A stretch of DNA of 64,000 nucleotides, from contig CAVPCR010000004.1 of NCBI GenBank assembly GCA_963702435.1, forward strand, positions 694,752 to 758,751. Direction: 5' to 3'. Source of the DNA: Candidatus Eiseniibacteriota bacterium (lineage in GTDB: Bacteria > Eisenbacteria > RBG-16-71-46 > CAVPCR01). Numbering within the stretch: the stretch's first letter is position 1; each line of letters opens with the position of its first letter. The notes below the pieces were generated by a model that saw only the letters and a program-made list of their open reading frames with translations, did no database searches and had not been told where the DNA came from. The translations under genes and the position numbers were made by a program. Positions 53,092-61,626 of this stretch are shown piece after piece.

Positions 53092-54421
53092 GGCGATCCC
53101 AGAGGACCGCGGACGCCACCTCCACGCCGAGCGGGATCGCGCGCTCGTCGGGATCAAATGTGGGATTGTGGAGCGCCATCTCGCGATCCGGACGCCCGAC
53201 ACCGAGGCGGAAGAGGAAGCCCGGCACGACCTCCTGGTAGAAGGAGAAGTCCTCGCCGCCCATGCCCGGCTCGTAGCGGACGACGTTCGCGGCGCCGACC
53301 ACGCGCTCGAGCGTGGGGAGCGTCTCCGTGACGAGCGTCGAATCGTTGTTCATGGAGGGCGTGCCGAGCGAGTAGGTGATCTCGGGCTCCGGCGCGCCGG
53401 CGGCGGCCGCGATGCCGCGGATCGTGCGCTCGACTGCTTCCTGGACTTGCTTCCGGACCTCGGGCTCGAGTGTGCGCACCGTGCCCGCAAGCTCCACCGA
53501 TTCCGGAATCACGTTGCTCGTGGTGCCGCCGTGGATCGAGCCCACGGTGACGACCGCCTGGCGCGCGGAGTTGACCTCACGGCTCACGATGGACTGGAGC
53601 GCAACGACCATCTGCGCGGCGATGACGACCGGGTCCTTGGCCTCGTGCGGATAGGCGCCATGGCCGCCCTTCCCGATCACGCGCACGCGGAACTCATCGA
53701 CGTTCCCCGACGATCGGCCCGGGCAGTAGGAGATCTTGCCGTAGGGGATGGTCGGATGATCGTGAATGCCGAAGATCGACTCGGGCCTGCGATCGCCGGC
53801 GAAAAGGCCGGCCGCGAGGAGGAGCGGAGCGCCGGCGCCGATCTCCTCCGCCGGCTCGATGACGAAGAGGACCGAGCCGGGAAGCGTGGCGCGAGACCGG
53901 GCGAGGACGCGCGCCGCGCCGAGGAGAACCGCCGCGTGGATGTCGTGGCCGCAGGCGTGCATGACGCCCACGTTGCGGCCGCGCATCGTGTCGCTCACGG
54001 TCGACGCGTAGGGGAGGCCGGTCGTCTCGATGAGGGGGAGGGCGTCGATGTCGGCGCGCCAGGCGACAAGCGGGCCGGGCCGGCCGCCGCGGAGGATGGC
54101 GACGAGGCCGGTGCCCCAGTCGCCGGGAACGAGCTCGAGGCCGGGGATCGCCGCGAGCTTCTTCTTCAGGTACTCCTGCGTCTTGAACTCGCGGAGCGAG
54201 AGCTCGGGATGGCTGTGGAGCCAGCGGCGGTCGGCGATCGTCTCGTCGGCGACCTGGGCGGCGAGGGTGCGGAAGTCCGGGCGGGGAGTGGGCTGTTCGG
54301 CGGGGCCGGCGGCCGCGAGCGCCGTGGTCGCCGCGAAGGAGGTAAACGCGGCGAGGACAACGAGCGCGGCCTGAGTGGCAGGGGTGGCGAGGAGGCCGGC
54401 CAGGAGCATTTCGGTGCGCAT
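53015..54421 (-). CDS. M20D family amidohydrolase with putative signal peptide
   Basis: RRWLHSHPELS, RADIDALP, MHACGHD, PAEE, GGHGA, GGEDFS. Confidence 0.92.
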   Translation of the reverse strand: MRTEMLLAGLLATPATQAALVVLAAFTSFAATTALAAAGPAEQPTPRPDFRTLAAQVADETIADRRWLHSHPELSLREFKTQEYLKKKLAAIPGLELVPGDWGTGLVAILRGGRPGPLVAWRADIDALPLIETTGLPYASTVSDTMRGRNVGVMHACGHDIHAAVLLGAARVLARSRATLPGSVLFVIEPAEEIGAGAPLLLAAGLFAGDRRPESIFGIHDHPTIPYGKISYCPGRSSGNVDEFRVRVIGKGGHGAYPHEAKDPVVIAAQMVVALQSIVSREVNSARQAVVTVGSIHGGTTSNVIPESVELAGTVRTLEPEVRKQVQEAVERTIRGIAAAAGAPEPEITYSLGTPSMNNDSTLVTETLPTLERVVGAANVVRYEPGMGGEDFSFYQEVVPGFLFRLGVGRPDREMALHNPTFDPDERAIPLGVEVASAVLWDRLTLVSSRAGLPASAPPLPAPAPPAP

Positions 54422-54707
54422 GGGAAACGAACCCTCCAGGCGGTACGGACTGGCGCCGGCTCGGCGGCGCTGGCCTTGCGGCGGGCGCCCCGCAGCGGGC
54501 GCCCCGCAACGGGCGCTGGCCCCGCAACGGGCGCTGGCCCGGCGGCGGGCCCGGGAGGCAGCTGCCGCAGTGGCGCCGGTCCGAGACTGGACGCGGCGAG
54601 AATCGCCGCCTATCATACGCGTTCCTGGTGCCCCGGGTAGCAGTGTCGATGGCGGCGCCGTGGCGATGAGTCCGCCGCCCGCTCCTGAACGGCCACGTGG
54701 AGGTGAC

Positions 54708-55260
54708 ATGAAGCAAGCATGGGGTTCGTGCCTACTCGTCATCCTGATGGTCGCGCTGACCTCGTCGGCTCAGGCTGGAGGGTTGCTCGGATTTTCGGTG
54801 GGCGGACAGGCAGGCCTCAGCCGCACGGGGGGCGACACCGACGAGTCGTCATTCATCTGGGGAGGTTCGACCCGGCTCGAGATTCTGTCCATCCTCGCTG
54901 CCGAACTCGCGGTCAACTACCGGAACGAGAGCTTCGAAGGGGGCGACGTGAGCACGCTTCCCGTGCAGCTGAGCGCGCTCATCACGCCTTTGCCGATGAT
55001 CTACGGCACGATCGGTGTGGGCTGGTACGACATCAATCCTGACGATGACATCACGGATCAGCTCGGCGACGTCGGCGATTTCTCGAACGCAGCCTTGCAC
55101 CTGGGGGGTGGCCTGTCGATCCCCGTGTCGGAGAAGTGGAACTTCATCGGCGATCTGCGCTACGTCTTCCTCAACTATGACATCGAGGATATCCCCGACT
55201 CTCGACACCGACGCCGACTTCTACATGATCACCGGGGGCCTGCAGTACGAGGTGTTCTGA
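54708..55260 (+). CDS. Outer-membrane beta-barrel protein (one apparent indel near 55200)
   Basis: Signal peptide ending AQA; amphipathic beta strands; C-terminal GGLQYEVF with terminal Phe; SD GGAGGTGA. Confidence 0.8.
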
Positions 55261-55361
55261 GCGGGTGCGGTCGGGGCGGGGCGCGGGAAAGCGGGCCGGA
55301 AGAGCCTCGGGGAGGGGCGCGGGGCGGCCGGATAGGCCCGCGGGGAGTCTCTGGCCCGAGC

Positions 55362-55390
55362 TTGACAGGCGCGGCCCGACCCCGTAGAGT
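55362..55390 (+). promoter_or_regulatory. Putative sigma70 promoter of tRNA-Asn
   Basis: TTGACA-N17-TAGAGT. Confidence 0.7.
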
Positions 55391-55448
55391 CTTTGGGGCG
55401 TTGAACTTGCCGCGACGCGCAGCAGAGGAAGCGATCCTACAGTCTTGT

Positions 55449-55523
55449 TCCTCGGTAGCTCAATGGTAGAGCAAGCGGCTGTTAACCGCTAGGTTGCTGG
55501 TTCGAGTCCAGCCCGGGGAGCCA
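55449..55523 (+). tRNA. tRNA-Asn(GTT)
   Basis: TCCTCGG/CCGGGGA; AGCGG-CTGTTAA-CCGCT; GTTCGAG; G discriminator; CCA. Confidence 0.97.
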
Positions 55524-55564
55524 ACATCAGGAGCTGCGAACCGCAAGCGGCTCCGTGGTTAACG

Positions 55565-55603
55565 CGTGGCCCCGGTGGAGCGATCCGCCGGGGCCACGTT
55601 TTT
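55565..55603 (+). terminator. Intrinsic terminator after tRNA-Asn
   Basis: CGTGGCCCCGGTGGA-gcga-TCCGCCGGGGCCACG followed by TTTTT. Confidence 0.85.
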
Positions 55604-55795
55604 GTGCGAGAACCGGCCGCGAATCCGCCACTCACGCCACCACGCCTCGACTCTCTCTTACTACCCGTCCTTGTCGAGTTGCGGCCTGAACCTTAGGGGT
55701 TGCCTCCGGGCCGCCAGAATCTGCGCCTCGAACTCTCGGACTCTCCGCCCCCCACAGAGAACTGGTTAACGACCGCGTCCAACCCGAACCCCGAA

Positions 55796-55827
55796 CCGAC
55801 ACTTCGAACTCGCCGCCGGTATATAGG
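55796..55827 (+). promoter_or_regulatory. Element motif copy 1 (candidate promoter for the element-encoded sigma factor)
   Basis: CCGACACTTC-gaactcgccg-CCGGTATATAGG; same spacing as copies at 61137 and 62317. Confidence 0.65.
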
Positions 55828-55972
55828 AAGTAGGAAGTGCTGCCGCGAGGGACGCGGCGGCGAGACGACCGCAAAGAGTGGGCTCCGAACCGGGAGGCGC
55901 TGTGGGCAACCTCAGCGCCTTCTCTCATACGAGCTGCTGCTTGAGCGGCATCGGCGCGTGCGCGGAGGTGGG

Positions 55973-56206
55973 ATGGAGTTCCTGTCGATCCCGGACGAGA
56001 TGTCGCCCGACGAGCGGTTTGCCGAGGTGGTCGCGATCCTCGCCGCCGGGTGCATGCGGCTCAAGAAGCAGGGAGGCGAGCCCGAGGTGGCGCCCGACCC
56101 GCAACCGCCGTTAACCGAGAGCAAGCTGGACTCTCTCCCCGAGCCGAGACCCTCATTGGTCGCCGACTCCGTGAGCGGGATGGACAGCGAGGAGGCGACC
56201 GTATGA
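55973..56206 (+). CDS. Small hypothetical protein heading the recombinase operon
   Basis: SD GGAGGTG; MSPDERFAEVVAILAAGCMRL helix; stop overlaps the next ATG (ATGA). Confidence 0.6.
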   Translation: MEFLSIPDEMSPDERFAEVVAILAAGCMRLKKQGGEPEVAPDPQPPLTESKLDSLPEPRPSLVADSVSGMDSEEATV

Positions 56207-56706
56207 ATAGAGCCGGTCTCAGTGCGCAGATCCGGGCGCTCCGCCGCATGACCGTTCCGGAACTGCGCGAGCGATACGCGACGGTCTTCGGCGAGGAGAG
56301 CCGATCACGGCACAAGCAGTTCCTCTGGCGGCGGATCGCGTGGGGTCTCCAGGCGCAAGCCGAAGGCGGCCTGTCCGAGCGCGCCCGCCGCCGCGCCGAA
56401 GAACTCGCCCGCGAGTCCGACTTCCGGATGCTGGCGCCTCGCCCGGCTGCCAGGGCCGGGGCCTCGGGCTCGACGGTGACCCGCGACGTTCCCGTCGCGC
56501 GTGATGAACGGCTGCCCATGCCCGGGGCGGTCGTGACGCGCGAATACCGAGGGAGGACCATCAAGGTCACGGTGCTCGACCAGGGCTTCGAGTTCGACGG
56601 CGAGGTCTACCGATCGCTCACCGCAGTGGCACGGGCCGTGACCGGTAGCCACTGGAACGGGTTCCTCTTCTTCGGCATGCAGAAGGGCGCCGGAGGTGAC
56701 AAGTGA
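56203..56706 (+). CDS. DUF2924-like protein
   Basis: L.RRIAW.LQ...EGGL, PG....REYRG....V.V...GFEFDG..Y.SLTAVA..VTG.HWNG..FFG; stop overlaps the recombinase start. Confidence 0.85.
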   Translation: MNRAGLSAQIRALRRMTVPELRERYATVFGEESRSRHKQFLWRRIAWGLQAQAEGGLSERARRRAEELARESDFRMLAPRPAARAGASGSTVTRDVPVARDERLPMPGAVVTREYRGRTIKVTVLDQGFEFDGEVYRSLTAVARAVTGSHWNGFLFFGMQKGAGGDK

Positions 56707-58283
56707 GCCGAGGCAGGAAGCCTAAGGACCCGCACGCGGAAGAGGGTCGCGCCGTGCGGTGTGCCGTCTACACGCGCAAATCGACCGAAGAGGGCCTCGA
56801 GCAGGAGTTCAACTCGCTCGACGCGCAACGCGATGCCGGCGAGGCTTACGTCGCGAGCCAGAAGAGCGAAGGGTGGGTCTGCCTCGCTGACCGCTATGAC
56901 GACGGCGGCTTCTCGGGTGGCACCATGGACCGCCCGGCGCTCAAGCGACTCCTCGCCGACGCTGAGGCAGGGAAGATCGACTGCATCGCGGTTTATAAGG
57001 TCGATCGCTTGAGTCGCTCGCTTCTCGATTTCTCTCGCATCATCGAGACCCTCGACCGGTGTCGAGTCTCCTTCGTCTCGGTGACGCAGCAGTTCAACAC
57101 CGCGACCTCGATCGGTCGCCTCCTCCTGAACGTGCTCCTTTCGTTCGCGCAGTACGAGCGCGAGATCATCGGCGAGCGGACCCGCGACAAAATGGCGGCG
57201 GCGCGACGGCGCGGGAAGTGGGTCGGCGGGATGCCGATCTTGGGCTACGACGTGGGACCGGAGGGCGGCCGGCTCATCGTCAACGAGGCGGAGGCCGAGC
57301 TGGTCAGGGCAATTTTCGGTCTCTATCTCGCGGAGGAGTCGCTGTTAGCGACCGTGAAGGAACTGGCTCGCCGGGGGTGGAAGACGAAGTGCTGGATGAC
57401 ACGGGAGGGCCGTCTACGCGCGGGGAGAGCATTCGACAAGACCGCGCTTCACAACCTCCTCCGGAACGCCACCTACGCTGGCAAGGTGCGCTACCAAGGG
57501 CAGATGTATGAGGGCGAGCACGCCGCGATCGTGCCGATGGAATCGTGGGTCGAGGTGCAGAGGCTTCTCCGGCGAAATGGCATGAACGGTGGTCAGGCCG
57601 TCCGGAACCGTCATGGCGCTCTCCTGCAGGGCCTTCTCCGCTGCGACCCGTGCGGGACGGCCATGGTGCACACGTACTCGAAGAAGGGGGAGAAGCGCTA
57701 TCGCTACTACGTGTGCTCGCGAGCGATGAAGGAGGGGTGGCAAGCGTGCACGACGAAGTCGCTGCCCGCCGCCGAGGTCGAGAACTTCGTGGTAGCCGAG
57801 ATCCGGCGGATCGGTCAGGACCCGCGACTTGTGAAGGAGATCATCGACAGAGTGCGGGCCGGGGCAGAGGCGCGCATGGAGGCACTGCGCCGGGAGCGTG
57901 TGGCTCGGGGACGCGACCTGCGCCGAGCCGTCTCCGAACTCAGAGACATCGCACACCTGCGGCCGGGTGACGCGGACGGCAGGGAAGCGGTCACGGCGCG
58001 ACTCGCCGACCTGCAGGACCGCATCCGAGCGGCCGAAGAGGCCGTCCGGAAGGTCGAGACTGAGATCGGCGTGCTGGAACGGGAACTGGTCGGGGGTGAC
58101 GAGATCAGCGTAGCGCTAGCGCGGTTCGACCCGGTCTGGCAGGAACTGACGATGCGGGAGCAGTGGCGCCTGGTTCAACTCCTGGTCGAGAAGGTCGCGT
58201 ACAGCCGCACGAAGGGAACGCTGGCCGTGACCTTCCGCGCGGCCGGGATCAGGGCGCTGGGCAACGAGGGGGCGACGCCATGA
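56703..58283 (+). CDS. Large serine recombinase (resolvase + recombinase + Zn ribbon + coiled coil)
   Basis: AVYTRKST (catalytic Ser), DDGGFSG...RPAL, KVDRLSRS, LLRCDPCG..M, YRYYVC. Confidence 0.95.
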   Translation: MSRGRKPKDPHAEEGRAVRCAVYTRKSTEEGLEQEFNSLDAQRDAGEAYVASQKSEGWVCLADRYDDGGFSGGTMDRPALKRLLADAEAGKIDCIAVYKVDRLSRSLLDFSRIIETLDRCRVSFVSVTQQFNTATSIGRLLLNVLLSFAQYEREIIGERTRDKMAAARRRGKWVGGMPILGYDVGPEGGRLIVNEAEAELVRAIFGLYLAEESLLATVKELARRGWKTKCWMTREGRLRAGRAFDKTALHNLLRNATYAGKVRYQGQMYEGEHAAIVPMESWVEVQRLLRRNGMNGGQAVRNRHGALLQGLLRCDPCGTAMVHTYSKKGEKRYRYYVCSRAMKEGWQACTTKSLPAAEVENFVVAEIRRIGQDPRLVKEIIDRVRAGAEARMEALRRERVARGRDLRRAVSELRDIAHLRPGDADGREAVTARLADLQDRIRAAEEAVRKVETEIGVLERELVGGDEISVALARFDPVWQELTMREQWRLVQLLVEKVAYSRTKGTLAVTFRAAGIRALGNEGATP

Positions 58284-58724
58284 CCCGGTCGGGTCTGACC
58301 GTCGAGTTCGAGGTGCACATCCGACACGGCAATCGCGGCCGGCGACGCCTGCGGGCCGGGCTGGCACCCGAGTCCGCACCGGCCGCCCCGGGCACGGTGC
58401 CACGAGTCTCTCGCCTCATGGCTTTGGCTATCCACCTGGACAAGCTGCTTCGCGCCGGCCTGGTGCGCGACTACGCCGACATCGCCCGTTCTGGCGCTCG
58501 TCAGCCGCGCCAGGGTGACGCAGGTCATGAACCTGCTGCTTCTCGCGCCGGACATCCAGGAGGCCTTGCTTGATCTCCCGCGCACGGCCTCAGCGAGAGG
58601 CGCGGTAGCGGAGCGGCAAGTCCGGTCGATCGCGGCGGTCGCTGACTGGCGCGAACAACGTCGCCTCTGGCGGGATCTTCGGCACCGCGCGGGCCTGGAC
58701 GCCGACCGCCGCGAAGTAGCATGA
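58280..58724 (+). CDS. Small HTH-like protein coupled to the recombinase (apparent frameshift near 58490)
   Basis: ATGA overlap with recombinase stop; YADIAR..VSRARVTQVMNLLLLAPDIQEALL resembles a ParB-type HTH. Confidence 0.65.
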
Positions 58725-58787
58725 TCGTGGCACTGCACCGCCAGTGGCCACCGCCGTAGCCGGCGCGCCCGGTCACGTAATCGATAC

Positions 58788-58857
58788 GGGGAGCCGTAGG
58801 GTAGCTCCCGAAACCGCGCTTCCTGAGACGCGGCTCGGCTCCCCACCCCTTTCTCAG
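58788..58857 (+). ncRNA. Putative structured cis-regulatory RNA (three-way junction plus pseudoknot)
   Basis: P1 GGGGAGCCG/CGGCTCCCC; P2 GGG-TAGCT-CCC; GAAA; P3 CCGCG/CGCGG; loop CTGAGA complementary to downstream TCTCAG. Confidence 0.55.
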
Positions 58858-58873
58858 ACGAGGGCACTTCAGG

Positions 58874-59965
58874 ATGCCCAGGCGCAAGAGCCCCACTCCC
58901 GACGCCGATGACGACCTCTTCTTTGCCAGTGGTGTGCTCCCCGGCGGTGTGATCGGGAAGGCGAGCGAATGCGCCGAGCTGCTTGCGGCGTGGAAGAAGC
59001 GTCGCCTCCGCATCTTCTACGGGCGTGAGGCCGCGTTCCTGCGGGATCTCGGCTACCGCATCAGTTCGGGACCGAACGCGCAAGAACTCGGGGATCGGTG
59101 GCCCGAACACATGACAAGCCTGGTTAAGCAGATGGAAGTACTGCTCAGGCTCGGTGATCCGACCCGGACGGCCGCATTCTGGAACTCGGGCTATGCCCTC
59201 GGGATCAAGCGACTTAACGACTGGGACTTTGAGCGCGGTGGAGGAGTAAGACCACCGAAGGTCGTCACCCCGGTGATTCGCGATGGCACTGTCGTGGGCC
59301 AGGCTGCCGTGTTCGGTCCAGGCGAGGGGCGAGCCATTCGCAGAAAGCCAGCCTCCGGCGAACCAGTATTCGGCGAGTTCGATCCGCCGCTACAGGACTA
59401 CGAACACCGGATGCTGGATGTGTTCTTGAGCCTGTTTCCCAAAGCGCGGCGGTCTCATCGCCGCGGTCAGCCGGAAGTTCGGGATTGGCGACTCGAAGGT
59501 CCGCGCGTCGGGTTCGCGGCTGACGGTACGCCTGTCCTTCAGTTGGGCGCATTGATCGGATTCTACCGGCGGTTCTGCCTGGCTATCAAGGACTACCAAG
59601 CGGCAATGCGGGGCGGTCGGCTCCCCGATGGCGCGCAAGAAGCCGACGTGTTTCGTGATTGCATCACGGGAATCGTGGGGAAAGAAAAGGCCGGGGCGTG
59701 GCTCCAGCGATTCCACCGGCCGCTGCATGGGAAGGCGAAGATCGCCGTAGAGGGATGCGCCTCGGGCCATCGCACGTTGTTCTGCGAGATGATCGTGGAT
59801 GCCATAGGAAGTGACCGTCCTTCCGACAGTCTCACCATTACCGTCAAGTCGAGGCTCATCAAGTACCTTGATGAATGGGAGAGCCTCACGAAGAAGTATC
59901 GAACTGCTTCTCTCTCCTACCCTTCTGGCGGTAGGGCTCCGCGCCGCAATGAGTTATGGCGCTAA
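58874..59965 (+). CDS. Hypothetical protein (363 aa, no recognised family)
   Basis: Long ORF with protein-like composition in the lowest-GC part of the island. Confidence 0.65.
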   Translation: MPRRKSPTPDADDDLFFASGVLPGGVIGKASECAELLAAWKKRRLRIFYGREAAFLRDLGYRISSGPNAQELGDRWPEHMTSLVKQMEVLLRLGDPTRTAAFWNSGYALGIKRLNDWDFERGGGVRPPKVVTPVIRDGTVVGQAAVFGPGEGRAIRRKPASGEPVFGEFDPPLQDYEHRMLDVFLSLFPKARRSHRRGQPEVRDWRLEGPRVGFAADGTPVLQLGALIGFYRRFCLAIKDYQAAMRGGRLPDGAQEADVFRDCITGIVGKEKAGAWLQRFHRPLHGKAKIAVEGCASGHRTLFCEMIVDAIGSDRPSDSLTITVKSRLIKYLDEWESLTKKYRTASLSYPSGGRAPRRNELWR

Positions 59966-60031
59966 TAGAAAGAATTCCCGCCTGATTACTTTCATTTTGA
60001 CCCGGTGAAAATGGACGGCTTTACTCGTGCC

Positions 60032-60403
60032 ATGCGTACGACATTCACGGCGAAGCCAATCGGTGAGAAGGGGCAGTCGGTCCCCACGAGGGCGGCCCTA
60101 TCACCCGCGAGACGGCAGCTTCTCGCACTCCTGCGGTCCCTCGGGTTCGGTCGCGTTGAGCATCTTCAGGTGCGGGAGGGGGAGCCTGTGTTCGATCCTC
60201 CCCCCACTATCGTTCGCGAGTTCAAGTTCGGCAGCGATAACGGCGGCCGACCTAGCGGATCGAACGATTTCAACCTCAAGACGCAGATGATCGAGTTGTT
60301 CGAGAGCCTGGACTCGATCAGAGACGGCACGGTCCAGGTTCTCGAAGTCAAGCACGGTCTTCCATTTCGGATGGAGATCGAGGCGCCTATGACGCATAGC
60401 TAA
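60032..60403 (+). CDS. Small hypothetical protein with an internal duplicated motif (start uncertain: 60005, 60011 or 60032)
   Basis: LLALLRSLGFGRVEHLQVREGEP resembles LFESLDSIRDGTVQVLEVKHGLP. Confidence 0.75.
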   Translation: MRTTFTAKPIGEKGQSVPTRAALSPARRQLLALLRSLGFGRVEHLQVREGEPVFDPPPTIVREFKFGSDNGGRPSGSNDFNLKTQMIELFESLDSIRDGTVQVLEVKHGLPFRMEIEAPMTHS

Positions 60404-60426
60404 CTGACATTCCAGCAGTATAACCA

Positions 60427-60573
60427 CCAGACAACGAGCTGGCCACGAAGTGGAGGCCGTTGTGGGTGTCGCCTTACGGCGATTCTCGCAACGGCCTTTG
60501 CTTTCAGCGGCTCGTCACTAGGCGAACACCCACGCGGACTCCTCCTCGACCGAGGAGGATACGATGGGTGTTC
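60427..60573 (+). promoter_or_regulatory. Putative attenuator/translational switch in the sigma factor leader
   Basis: 19-bp terminator-like hairpin 60454-60497 followed by TTGCTTT; alternative pairings; anti-SD hairpin TCCTCCTC/GAGGAGGA. Confidence 0.65.
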
Positions 60574-61133
60574 ATCGCAACTGCAAACACGACCTCGATC
60601 CCTACGCTTCTCGCGTGATCCGCATCAAGGCGCAACAACTCATCAGGCGACCCGAGTTTACTCAATCGGATCGTGCAGATATAGAACAGGAGCTGTGGCT
60701 CGACCTGCTGCTCCGATTCGCACGATTCGACGGCGACCGTGCTCGGCACGAGACGTTCGTCAACATGGTTGTAAATCATAAGGTCGCGACGCTCATCGAA
60801 GCTCGCCAGGCCGGGAAGCGGGACCATCGCATCCCGACGTACTCTCTCGATGAGGAGATCGTGGACGGCGACGGAGATCCGATTCAGCGCGAAGCGATAA
60901 CGCGTTGCGAGGCGCTTCAAGAAATGCCTCGGCCGTCAGATCTTGGGATGGACCTCGATCGAGCCGTCCGCCGACTTCCGCACGACCTGCAGCTGCTTGC
61001 CGCCCGGCTATCAAGCGAGAGCATCACCGAGATTTCACGCACTACTGGCGTCCCGCGATCGACCCTGAACGATCACGTCAGGAAGCTGCGCCGATTTCTG
61101 GAGGACCAGCACCTTCGAGAGTACCTCGACTAA
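60564..61133 (+). CDS. Element-encoded sigma70-family (ECF-like) sigma factor
   Basis: Region 2-like DRADIEQELWLDLL..FD..R....TFV..VV and region 4 HTH ..LP..L......SITEISRTTGVPRSTL...VRKLR; 189 aa. Confidence 0.8.
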   Translation: MGVHRNCKHDLDPYASRVIRIKAQQLIRRPEFTQSDRADIEQELWLDLLLRFARFDGDRARHETFVNMVVNHKVATLIEARQAGKRDHRIPTYSLDEEIVDGDGDPIQREAITRCEALQEMPRPSDLGMDLDRAVRRLPHDLQLLAARLSSESITEISRTTGVPRSTLNDHVRKLRRFLEDQHLREYLD

Positions 61134-61136
61134 GGT

Positions 61137-61168
61137 CCGCCACTTCCTGGTTGCCTCCGGTAGATAGG
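61137..61168 (+). promoter_or_regulatory. Element motif copy 2 (candidate sigma-dependent promoter)
   Basis: CCGCCACTTC-ctggttgcct-CCGGTAGATAGG just after the sigma stop; 24/32 identical to copy 1. Confidence 0.65.
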
Positions 61169-61224
61169 TTAGTGAGCGGAGGACTCCGACCACGGGCCGC
61201 CGCCCACTGACCGGAGAGGGACCT

Positions 61225-61530
61225 ATGGATCGGGAAGTCTATCGCTATCACTTCAGCACCGGCGTGTCCATGTCGGCCGTGGAGGAGTCACTTCTTCTCG
61301 CCGTCCTGGCTGCGGAGTGCCTGCACGGGAGCGCGGTCGTTCGACTGGAAGCTGCCTACTGCCTCGACGAGCAGAAGAGATCCTGTGTCGTCGACGCGAC
61401 TACAGCCGTAGGTCGAGACCTGGCTCGCATCTTCGCGGGATTCGTGAGCCGGGAGTTTGGCGAGCAGGCGTTCCGGGTTGAGAGACCGAGGAACGGCATG
61501 AGCCAGGACGGTGCGAAGGTCGCTCCATGA
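61225..61530 (+). CDS. Hypothetical protein (101 aa)
   Basis: SD GGAGAGG; protein-like ORF heading the replication/recombination operon. Confidence 0.75.
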   Translation: MDREVYRYHFSTGVSMSAVEESLLLAVLAAECLHGSAVVRLEAAYCLDEQKRSCVVDATTAVGRDLARIFAGFVSREFGEQAFRVERPRNGMSQDGAKVAP

Positions 61531-61626
61531 GCGAGCGAACGCTGACCGACGGGAACCGCCGCACGAGGAGTTACGGACCAAGCTGACAACATCAACCACC
61601 GATCTCATCTGCACAAAGGAGGCACC

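Noticed and set aside
54482..54545. GCCCCGCAACGGGCGCTG tandem repeats as CRISPR or REP element
   Set aside because: Two adjacent 18-bp units plus degenerate flanks, no spacers, no cas genes; simple slippage repeat
55698..55709. GGTTGCCTCCGG shared with 61149-61160 as a fourth promoter or att site
   Set aside because: Lacks the upstream CCGNCAC box and the TANATA end; a 12-bp match may be chance
58787..58795. CGGGGAGCC matching the tRNA-Asn 3' end (possible att duplication)
   Set aside because: Only 9 bp, lies inside the island and forms the P1 stem of the structured RNA
58810..58828. Hammerhead ribozyme (GAAA and CTGAGA present)
   Set aside because: CTGAGA sits in a hairpin loop; stems and core elements are not arranged as in any hammerhead topology
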